Assembly (NCBI GenBank): GCA_964423835.1
Contig: CAYRGJ010000006.1
Span: 11,284-75,283, forward strand
Origin: an uncultured Dehalococcoidia bacterium
GTDB lineage: Bacteria > Chloroflexota > Dehalococcoidia > UBA2247 > RBG-13-53-26
DNA: 64,000 nucleotides
Direction: 5' to 3'
The notes below the pieces were generated by a model. It made no database searches, was not told where the DNA came from, and saw only the letters and a program-made list of their open reading frames with translations. Each line of letters starts with the position of its first letter. Position 1 is the stretch's first letter. This document shows positions 26,461-34,112 of this stretch, in pieces. The translations under genes were made by a program, and so were the position numbers.

Positions 26461-28068
26461 ATGGCCTACAAAAGCGATGGGCAGGTACAGTCGCCATCAG
26501 GGATTCCCATCAAGGACATTTACACCCCGGAGGACGTCAAGAGCATCAACTATGAGAAGGACATCGGCTCGCCCGGGCAACCCCCCTACACCAGGGGAGT
26601 CTACGCCAGCATGTACCGGGGGCAGCTGTGGACCATCCGGCGCCTGACGGGGTACGACAGCCCGGAGGCCACCAACGCCCGCTACAAGGAAGAGTACGCC
26701 CTGGGCCAGACGGGCTTCTCCATCGCTCCGGATATCTCCACGGCCTCCGGAATGGACCCGGACGACCCCCGGGTCGAGCACGACATCGGCCACGCCGGGG
26801 TCCCCATCTATTCCATCGAGGACATGGAGGCAGTGTTCAAGGACCTGCCCATAGAGAAGTGCTCCACCTACCTGGCCGATCGCGTCTCCGGCCTGCTCAC
26901 CCCGGCCTACTTCGCCATGGCCCAGAGGCGCGGGATACCTCTGGAGAGGTTGAGAGGGACCACGGCCTATGACATGCTCACCTGGAGCTCGATGGAGTGC
27001 GCCAACCAGCCGCCGCCGGAAGCCTATCTCCGGCTGGAGGTGGACCTGATAGAGTGGTGTGCCCAGCATGCACCGCGCTGGTACCCCATATGCATGAACT
27101 CCTACAACCCCAGGGATAACGGCATCAGCGCCATCCAGGAGCTGGGCATGCTCATGGCCGACGCCATCCAGATCTGCGAAGAAGGGAAGCGCCGCGCCCG
27201 GGTCCCCATGGACACGTTCTGCAAGAGGTTCGCCTTCAACATGGCGGCGCACAATGACCTGTTCGAGGAGGCCTGCAAGCTGCGGGCGGCGCGGCGCATG
27301 CTGCGCAAGATCATCAATGAGAGGTACGGGGTCCAGGACCCATCGTGCGGGCAGTTCCGGGTGCACGTCCAGACCTCCGGCTCCACGCACACTCACCAGG
27401 AGCCGCTCAACAACGTCATCCGCATTGCCTACCAGACTCTGGCGGCGGTGCTGGGCGGGGCCCAGTCCATACATGCCAATGGCTACGACGAGGCGGTATG
27501 CCTGCCCACGGAGCAGGCCATGCTGCTGGCCATCCGGACGGAGCAGATCGTCGGCCTGGAGACGGGCGTGACAAACACCATAGACCCGCTGGGCGGCTCG
27601 TACTACGTGGAGTCTCTCACCAACCAGATCGAGGAAAGGGCCTGGGAGTACGTCAAGAAGATCGAGGACCAGGGCGGCCTCATGAAGGCCATTTCCAATG
27701 GCTGGATCCACCGCGAGTACAAGCAAGCCATAGTGGACTACGACGGCAAGCTGAAATCGGGCGATATCACCATCGTCGGCGTCAACAAGTTCCGCCTCGA
27801 TCCGGACAAGGTCCCCTACAAGGTGCCCATCTTCAAGTCCGACCGCAGCTCCGTCGAGGTCCTCAAGAAGAGGATCAAGAAGCTCCGGGAGACCCGGGAC
27901 AAGGCCCGACATGCCGCGGCCATCAAGAGCTTCGAAGAGGTTCTCCGCACCGACGCCAACTCCTTCCCGGCCAGCCAGGAGGCGGTGGCCGCCCATGCCA
28001 CCCCGGGGGAGATGGCCGATGTGGTCATGAAGGTCTACGGCAAGTGGACCTACCCTATAGGTGTCTAA
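26461..28068 (+). CDS. Acyl-CoA mutase large (substrate-binding TIM-barrel) subunit, divergent, no B12-binding domain
   Basis: 535 aa; AAGGAGG RBS; PPYTRGVYASMYRGQLWTIR and GQTGFS motifs like methylmalonyl-CoA mutase. Ends before the region where the cobalamin-binding domain would be. Confidence 0.8.
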   Translation: MAYKSDGQVQSPSGIPIKDIYTPEDVKSINYEKDIGSPGQPPYTRGVYASMYRGQLWTIRRLTGYDSPEATNARYKEEYALGQTGFSIAPDISTASGMDPDDPRVEHDIGHAGVPIYSIEDMEAVFKDLPIEKCSTYLADRVSGLLTPAYFAMAQRRGIPLERLRGTTAYDMLTWSSMECANQPPPEAYLRLEVDLIEWCAQHAPRWYPICMNSYNPRDNGISAIQELGMLMADAIQICEEGKRRARVPMDTFCKRFAFNMAAHNDLFEEACKLRAARRMLRKIINERYGVQDPSCGQFRVHVQTSGSTHTHQEPLNNVIRIAYQTLAAVLGGAQSIHANGYDEAVCLPTEQAMLLAIRTEQIVGLETGVTNTIDPLGGSYYVESLTNQIEERAWEYVKKIEDQGGLMKAISNGWIHREYKQAIVDYDGKLKSGDITIVGVNKFRLDPDKVPYKVPIFKSDRSSVEVLKKRIKKLRETRDKARHAAAIKSFEEVLRTDANSFPASQEAVAAHATPGEMADVVMKVYGKWTYPIGV

Positions 28069-28146
28069 GGAGAGCGCCCGGAGGCAAGTCTGCGGTGGCA
28101 GCGGGCCGGTGGCGAGGGTCACTAAGTAACGGAACGGAGCTGAGAG

Positions 28147-29337
28147 TTGGAGAAGGCGATATCAGGCATCAGGGTCCTTGATTTCTCACGGTGGTTTGCC
28201 GGGCCTTATGCAGCCACGCTGCTGGCGGCCATGGGCGCCGAAGTGATCAGGGTGGAAAGGCCTGCCGGCGAGGAAGAGAGGAACTTCGGGCCTTTCGCTC
28301 CCAACGGTCAGGCCATGCTGGCCCTGGTGACTCTGCAGAACCGGAAAGGCATTACGTTGGACCCCATGTGTGGTCAGGGCCGGGGGATCATGGAAAGGCT
28401 GGTGCGGAAGAGCGACGTGGTGCTGCACAGCTACGTCAGCGGCTCGCCGGAAGAAAGCCTTTTGAGCTACGGGTCCCTGGTGAAGCTGAATCCGGCCATC
28501 ATCGTGGCCAAGGTCTCTGGCTTCGGCTCCACCGGGCCGTACGCCCAGCGGCCGTGCTTCGATACCATTGCCCAGGCGCTCTCGGGGTCCATGAGCTACA
28601 CCGGGTTCCCCGAGACCGCCCCCACCAGGTCGGGCTCCGCCTGGGTGGACTTCAGCACTGGCTCTCATGCCGCCCTGGGCATCATGTTTGCTCTCTACGA
28701 GCGGCAGAGGACAGGCACAGGGCAGTTCATCGACGTTGCCCTGCTGGACGTGGCCGTGTCCTGCGTGGCCGGGCTCGCGGTGGCGGCGGAGTACAAGGTG
28801 GCGGGCATAGTCCGCGGCCGGCAGGGGAACTACAGCTACTACAACTACACCAACTGCGTCAGGGCCAGGGACGGGTGGGTCATGATCGGCATCACCGGGA
28901 CGGCCATCTGGAGGCGGTTCCTGCGGGCAGTCGGGAGAGAGGAACTGAAGGAAGACCCCCGGTTTCAGAGCGACAGGCTCCGCTACGACAACCGCCTGGC
29001 CATTCAGGCGATCGTGGAGGAGTGGCTCAAAGACAGGCCGGTGGATGAGGTGATCAGGCTTCTGGAAAAGGCCCGGGTGCCCTGCTCCAAGGTGAACAGC
29101 ATCGCCGAGATGGTAGAAGACCCGCAGGTCAGGGCCAGGGACATGCTGATCGACATGGAGTACCCCGGCATCGGCAGGGTGCCGCTGCCCGGCGTGCCCA
29201 TAAAGATGTCCCGGACTCCGGGGACGATCGACATGCCCGCGCCCCAGGTGGGGGAGCACAACGCTGAGGTCTATGGCCGGCTCCTGGGCCTGACGAAGGA
29301 GGACCTGGCCGGGCTGAAGGCGGAAGGGGTTATCTGA
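28147..29337 (+). CDS. Family III (CaiB/BaiF) CoA-transferase
   Basis: TTG start 28147. GIRVLDFSRWFAGPYAATLLAAMGAEVIRVERP. Confidence 0.85.
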   Translation: MEKAISGIRVLDFSRWFAGPYAATLLAAMGAEVIRVERPAGEEERNFGPFAPNGQAMLALVTLQNRKGITLDPMCGQGRGIMERLVRKSDVVLHSYVSGSPEESLLSYGSLVKLNPAIIVAKVSGFGSTGPYAQRPCFDTIAQALSGSMSYTGFPETAPTRSGSAWVDFSTGSHAALGIMFALYERQRTGTGQFIDVALLDVAVSCVAGLAVAAEYKVAGIVRGRQGNYSYYNYTNCVRARDGWVMIGITGTAIWRRFLRAVGREELKEDPRFQSDRLRYDNRLAIQAIVEEWLKDRPVDEVIRLLEKARVPCSKVNSIAEMVEDPQVRARDMLIDMEYPGIGRVPLPGVPIKMSRTPGTIDMPAPQVGEHNAEVYGRLLGLTKEDLAGLKAEGVI

Positions 29338-30784
29338 GGGGCGGCGGTCCGCTGTTCCGGGTGTGGTACTGCCTCACGCCGGCCACAGCTTTGGCCGCCC
29401 GCGCCATGGACGGATAGACCGGTATGCCCGCCTCGGACAGCCGGCCCTCCAACTCCAGGCGGTCCGTCTCCAGGCAGCCCGGCGGGGATACCACAATCAC
29501 CGGTTTGCCGGCCGCCCGGCTGTCCTTCAGGATCACGCTGCCGGCTGAATCCGCGGTTTCCCGGCCCATAAGGTCCAGCAGGGCGTCGACATCCTGGTAT
29601 ACCACGATCAAATCCAGGCGCCGGTCCGTGGCGGCGAGGTCCATCGCCCGCTGGAAGGCCCGCAGGACGCTGGGGCCAGGATTCGCTCCCGGCTTGCCGC
29701 CCGGCTCGACGGGGCACCGGCCGGGTGACGGCCGCCCCTTCCGGCCTGTACCGGCCGAGAAGACTGAGACCTCGATCCCGAAGAGGCGGCACTCATCCTC
29801 CGCCAGCCGGGCCTCGCTCTCTGCGTCGCCAGTCAACCCGCAGATGAGCCCGAGGCGGGCCTTCCGGATGGGGGCAGCCCTCTGGAGGAGCAGGAGAACG
29901 TCGGCCATCTCGTCCAGGCCCCGGACTTCGAGCGCGCCGGCCTGCTTCAGCGCCGCCGTCCAGACGGCCGCGGAGGTCCTCATGGCCCCGGTGTGAGAGC
30001 CGGCCGCCTTGGCGCCGGCTTCGGTGGCGCCTCCCTTCCAGACCACCACGGGCTTCCTGGCGGACGTGGCCCGCATCACCTGAAGCAATCGCCGGGTGTC
30101 CCGCGGTCCTTCCAGGTAGAGACCGATGGGGCCGGTCTTGGGATCGACGGCCATGTACTCCAGGAAGTCGGCGCTCCCCAGGTCGCAGCAATTGCCAATG
30201 CTGGCGATCTTGCTGAAGCCGATGCCCCGGGTCAGGCCCATCACCAAGAGCTTCTGGGCATGCCCGCCGCTCTGGGATATGAAGCCCACGGACCCGGGCC
30301 GGCCCACCACACTGGAGGCCCCGTAGGGCGTTTTGTGCTCGGGGCAGGACAGGCCAATGCAGTTGGGCCCGATGATCCGGAATCCCCCCTTTCCAGCCCT
30401 CCGGGCCATCTCCTCTTCAACCTGAATCCATTCCGGCTCGCCGGTTTCCCGGAACCCGGCGGTGAAGAAGTGCACTCCGCGCACCCTCTTGGCGGCGCAG
30501 TCATCCAGAAGATCCATAACAAAGGCCCGGGGGATGCAGGAGATAACCAGGTCCACCGGGCCCGGGATGGCCTGCAGATTGGGGTATATCCTGGCTCCCA
30601 GGAGCTCGCCGCCGGCGGGGTTGACGGGATAGACCCGGCCCTCGAAACTGGACTCCATCAGGGCCTTGACCCAGAGCGAGCCCATCTTTGCGCTATCCCG
30701 GGAGACGCCGACCACGGCGATGGAACGGGGATAGAAGATGTGCTCGAATTCCTTGAGCCTGCTCTCAGGCAACTGGTACTGCAA
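29330..30784 (-). CDS. ADP-forming acyl-CoA synthetase alpha-like / CoA-binding protein (no ATP-grasp part)
   Basis: FYPRSIAVVGVSRD CoA-binding start. GPNCIG. Phosphohistidine-loop-like GSHTGAM. Its stop overlaps the convergent CaiB gene by 8 nt. Confidence 0.75.
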   Translation of the reverse strand: MQYQLPESRLKEFEHIFYPRSIAVVGVSRDSAKMGSLWVKALMESSFEGRVYPVNPAGGELLGARIYPNLQAIPGPVDLVISCIPRAFVMDLLDDCAAKRVRGVHFFTAGFRETGEPEWIQVEEEMARRAGKGGFRIIGPNCIGLSCPEHKTPYGASSVVGRPGSVGFISQSGGHAQKLLVMGLTRGIGFSKIASIGNCCDLGSADFLEYMAVDPKTGPIGLYLEGPRDTRRLLQVMRATSARKPVVVWKGGATEAGAKAAGSHTGAMRTSAAVWTAALKQAGALEVRGLDEMADVLLLLQRAAPIRKARLGLICGLTGDAESEARLAEDECRLFGIEVSVFSAGTGRKGRPSPGRCPVEPGGKPGANPGPSVLRAFQRAMDLAATDRRLDLIVVYQDVDALLDLMGRETADSAGSVILKDSRAAGKPVIVVSPPGCLETDRLELEGRLSEAGIPVYPSMARAAKAVAGVRQYHTRNSGPPPLR

Positions 30785-30960
30785 TCGTCATGTCCCTCGA
30801 AATTGACCGGCCCTGGCCACCAGTATAGTCAGGGGATGCCCTCGATGGCAAAGGCGGCGCGGTCCGGGTATCGCCCGGCTATCACTTCACGTAGGCTGCC
30901 TGGGCCTGCTTGACACAGGCCTATTATTAGTGAGACGGAGTCTGGACTTGGAGGCGCGTG

Positions 30961-31644
30961 ATGGCGACAGAGAGGGTTTTCACCGACGAAGAGCTGCAGG
31001 AGATGGGCCGGCGCACTGTTGACCTCATCCGGGATGCCATCGATGAGGGCGACCTGGAGCGGGCGAAGAAGCTGGCCGGCCGCATGCAGCACGAGTTCTC
31101 CCTGATGCACGACATGTACGTTGACTGGGTGGCCGGGCTTATGGACTACATCTACCGGAGCTGCGGCGAGGAGGCTCTCTGCCAGGCGCTGAGGAAGGCC
31201 ATTGGCGGCCAGCAGGGGCCCCTGGCCGACGTCAGGGGCGTCGATTTTAAGAAGCGGGTGCAGACCACTGCCACCTTCATGAGGGGACATCTGGAGCGGA
31301 TGAAGGTGGAGGAGGATGACGAGAAGGTGAGCATCACCATGCTGCCGTGCGGCAGCGGACAGCGGCTCTGCCAGAAAGGCGCATACGGCCCCCCCCGCAA
31401 CTTGGCCAGGGTGGCCGGGCCGCACCCCATAACCTGGGGCCTGTCCGGCTTCCCCATCTACTGCACCCACGAGCCGGTGCTGGAGATGCTGGCCATCGAG
31501 CAGTTGGGCTACCCCCTGGCGGCGGGCTTCCCGGCCAGAGAGATAGCCGGCGAGTCCTGCACCCTGTGCATCTACAAGAGGGTAGAGGACACGCCGGAGG
31601 AGGTCTACAGCAGGCTGGGAAAGCGAAAGCCCCAGAGAGAATAG
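30961..31644 (+). CDS. Cys-rich hypothetical protein
   Basis: 227 aa from ATG 30961 (GGAGG 7 nt upstream). Cys motifs LPCGSGQRLCQ, IYCTHEP, ESCTLCIY. No family recognised. Confidence 0.6.
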   Translation: MATERVFTDEELQEMGRRTVDLIRDAIDEGDLERAKKLAGRMQHEFSLMHDMYVDWVAGLMDYIYRSCGEEALCQALRKAIGGQQGPLADVRGVDFKKRVQTTATFMRGHLERMKVEEDDEKVSITMLPCGSGQRLCQKGAYGPPRNLARVAGPHPITWGLSGFPIYCTHEPVLEMLAIEQLGYPLAAGFPAREIAGESCTLCIYKRVEDTPEEVYSRLGKRKPQRE

Positions 31645-31698
31645 CCGGGGCTGGCTCCGGTCTGCCGGGCTCGTCGGGGTCTGCCGGGCCCCGAACGG

Positions 31699-33063
31699 CT
31701 AGTCCGGCCAGTCTTCGCCCGGAAGAGGCAGCATGAGCGGCTGGGGCTCGTCGTCCTTCCAGTACAGCTTGACTATGGGATGTCCCTTATCCCGCAGCAG
31801 CCTCTTCAGCTCCGCGGCGTCCACCGTGTCTTCGTTGGTGGCTATCTTGTCGTAGATCTCCTCGGGAATCACCTGGGCCACTTCCTTCTTCAGGTCCAAC
31901 GGCATCCAGACTATCCGGTTCCAGCCGCCGTCCCCTTTGAGGAAGTTCTTGCTGGCCATCCCGGCGATGGACAGCCCCTTGAAGCCGTGGTTCTGGGCCC
32001 CCCCGGAGATCGAGCCGGCCAGGGTCGAGAACTTCACCCCCAGCGGCGTCATGCCCGTGTAGCGCCGCATGGCCAGGCCGATACCGTCGACCTCTGGGAT
32101 ATAGAAGGATGCAGCTTCGAAGCAGCCGCAGTTGGTGGTGGGGTACCTGATGCTGCTGTAGATGTTGACCTGCTTCACCAGGTGGTTGCATCGCTCGTAG
32201 ATGGCCCGGTCGACACCGGCGTAGTGTCCCCTGGCTTCATCGATGCACTCTCCCTTGGGGATGCGGAAGACGTAGCCCTCGGGGTCCATCTCGCAGGTGA
32301 TCTTGGCGGAGTCATAGCCGATGATGCCGCAGTAGGGCAGGGCGCTCGGCGTCAGCACGCAGGCATGGTTGGGCGCCAGCGACTTGCATATGGTGCACCC
32401 GTAGAAGGTGTCCACGTCCTCATCATCGTACAGCTCCTTGGCGCTGATGACCTTGTGCTTGTCCCTGGCCCATTTCAACACCGGCTGCAGCATGTCCAGC
32501 CCGCCGGCCTCGGGAGAGCCCATGGCCCAGAAAAAGGACACGGCGTCCACCTGCGGCACCAGGGTCCGAGCCGTGGCATAGCAGAACTGAGATATCTTGG
32601 CGAAGGTGAGGCGGTCGGCCACATCCTTGCTGATCCTGATCCACAGGGCGTCCGGCGAGCCGAACAGCATGAAGCCCTCCAAGCCCTGGAGCGCCGTGCC
32701 TATCTGCCGCGAGACATAGCCCTGATGCCCCTGGTTCAGCGTCCGGCCGTAGACCCTGATGGTGAACACCCCGGGCAATGAAGTCCCCGGTTTGACCTCA
32801 TTCACGTCCGGGCCGATCAGCTTCACTTCGCCGTCCCTGACCTTCTCCGGATCCTCCTCGATGTAGAACACAGAGACCATGTTGTAGTCCCATTTGGGGC
32901 CGCCCAGCTCGACCTGCATGTCTGCCTTCTTCACCTCGCCCAGCCACCTCAGGCCGAGGCCGATGTCATCGAGGCCATCCCAAAGATGGTCCAGCTCGGT
33001 GGGCAGCTGAAATGTCCTCCCCGGCGGGAGCGGGGCTACTGATTCTTCATCTGGAACTGCCAT
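31699..33063 (-). CDS. Acetyl-CoA synthase catalytic (A-cluster) subunit homologue, AcsB C-terminal/CdhC-type, truncated
   Basis: 454 aa. C223-x2-C226-x8-C235-x9-C245 and N-C312-G-C314-FE, 67 residues after C245. The spacing is identical to the A-cluster ligands of Moorella AcsB as I recall them. Confidence 0.8.
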   Translation of the reverse strand: MAVPDEESVAPLPPGRTFQLPTELDHLWDGLDDIGLGLRWLGEVKKADMQVELGGPKWDYNMVSVFYIEEDPEKVRDGEVKLIGPDVNEVKPGTSLPGVFTIRVYGRTLNQGHQGYVSRQIGTALQGLEGFMLFGSPDALWIRISKDVADRLTFAKISQFCYATARTLVPQVDAVSFFWAMGSPEAGGLDMLQPVLKWARDKHKVISAKELYDDEDVDTFYGCTICKSLAPNHACVLTPSALPYCGIIGYDSAKITCEMDPEGYVFRIPKGECIDEARGHYAGVDRAIYERCNHLVKQVNIYSSIRYPTTNCGCFEAASFYIPEVDGIGLAMRRYTGMTPLGVKFSTLAGSISGGAQNHGFKGLSIAGMASKNFLKGDGGWNRIVWMPLDLKKEVAQVIPEEIYDKIATNEDTVDAAELKRLLRDKGHPIVKLYWKDDEPQPLMLPLPGEDWPD

Positions 33064-33086
33064 CCGGGCCCCCTCTCTCCATCATG

Positions 33087-33105
33087 CTTCGACTATCGTA
33101 TACTC
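33087..33105. promoter_or_regulatory. Operator box copy 5 (CTTCGACTATCGTATACTC), 24 nt from the ACS-like start codon
   Basis: Reverse complement is GAGTATACGATAGTCGAAG. It lies in the divergent intergenic region 33064..33415. Confidence 0.6.
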
Positions 33106-33197
33106 ACTCCCTGCTCTGTGTCAAGACTTCCGCGCGGCCGGGCCTCCCTCGTTGACTTGGTTCGGGGTCCGTGCTATAGTCGCAGCAGTGCCTGATG

Positions 33198-33216
33198 GTT
33201 CGAGTATCGTATACTC
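33198..33216. promoter_or_regulatory. Operator box copy 6 (GTTCGAGTATCGTATACTC)
   Basis: Perfect core in reverse orientation. TATACT (33210-33215) reads toward the plus-strand gene at 33416. Confidence 0.6.
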
Positions 33217-33415
33217 AGAACGGCTGGCATCGGGGGTACCGCTCTGTGCCTCGCCACGAGGTGATCAGCGCTCTCTGCCGACCATCACGCCAAGGCACGC
33301 GTCCTGTGCGGCGTTGCCGGCGAAGAAGGAAGCCTTCCGCCGGAAAAGAGGCGGCCGGCCTCGTTAGGAATGGCTGGCGCGCCCTGCTGAGTATTGGAAA
33401 GGAGATGTGACAGAT

Positions 33416-34075
33416 ATGCCACTGGAAAACCTGACCCTGGAGCAGCTGAAGAAGGAGCGCCCCGACCTGGTGGCCGCGCTGGAGGAAGAGATCAAGTCGA
33501 CGGGAAAAAAGGAGCTCGAGGACCTTAGCGGTCCCTGGAACCCCAATCTGACCTTCGACGACCTGTCCAAGGAGTTCCTCCTGAAGCTGATGAACATCTG
33601 GCAGTATGCCTGGATAACTCTCAGCGGATGCTGGTATGACCAGATTCGGGCCAGGGCCGGCTTCGATGCCGCCAACGAGTGCGAGCTCGCGGCCTGGCTG
33701 GCGATGGCCAGGAAGGTCAACCCCAGATACGCCAAGCTGGGGAACATCCAGCTGCACACGGTGCTCGATTCCATGAAGGCTTTCCAGCTGCCCCTGGACA
33801 ACATCATGAAGGGCAAGAACGCGGGACTGTACGAAGGGGATTTCGAGGTCATCAACCCCAACAAGGTCCACGTGACCTACAAGAGGTGCGTTGCCCTGGA
33901 AGGGCTGGAGAGGAACTGGCCGGAGAGGATAGTGCCTCTGTGCCAGAAGCTGGAGAAGCCCATAATCGAGGCGTACTCCCTGAACCCCCGGTTCGAGGCC
34001 GTGATGCTCAAAGCGCCTCCGCGCAAGAGCCAGGATGAAATCGCCTGCGAGTGGATGTTTCAGCTGAAGGAATAG
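33416..34075 (+). CDS. Conserved hypothetical protein, paralogue of 2381..2935 (possibly DUF6125-like)
   Basis: ORF 33407..34075. ATG 33416 is preferred (GGAG at 33401-33404), but the start is uncertain. The C-terminal signature LKAPPRKSQDEIACEWMFQLKE matches LKLPPRSSGEEIPCQWEFRIDD. Confidence 0.6.
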   Translation: MPLENLTLEQLKKERPDLVAALEEEIKSTGKKELEDLSGPWNPNLTFDDLSKEFLLKLMNIWQYAWITLSGCWYDQIRARAGFDAANECELAAWLAMARKVNPRYAKLGNIQLHTVLDSMKAFQLPLDNIMKGKNAGLYEGDFEVINPNKVHVTYKRCVALEGLERNWPERIVPLCQKLEKPIIEAYSLNPRFEAVMLKAPPRKSQDEIACEWMFQLKE

Positions 34076-34112
34076 GCGGCCGGCCAGAGCTGCGGCGTCG
34101 TGCGCATTTCGG

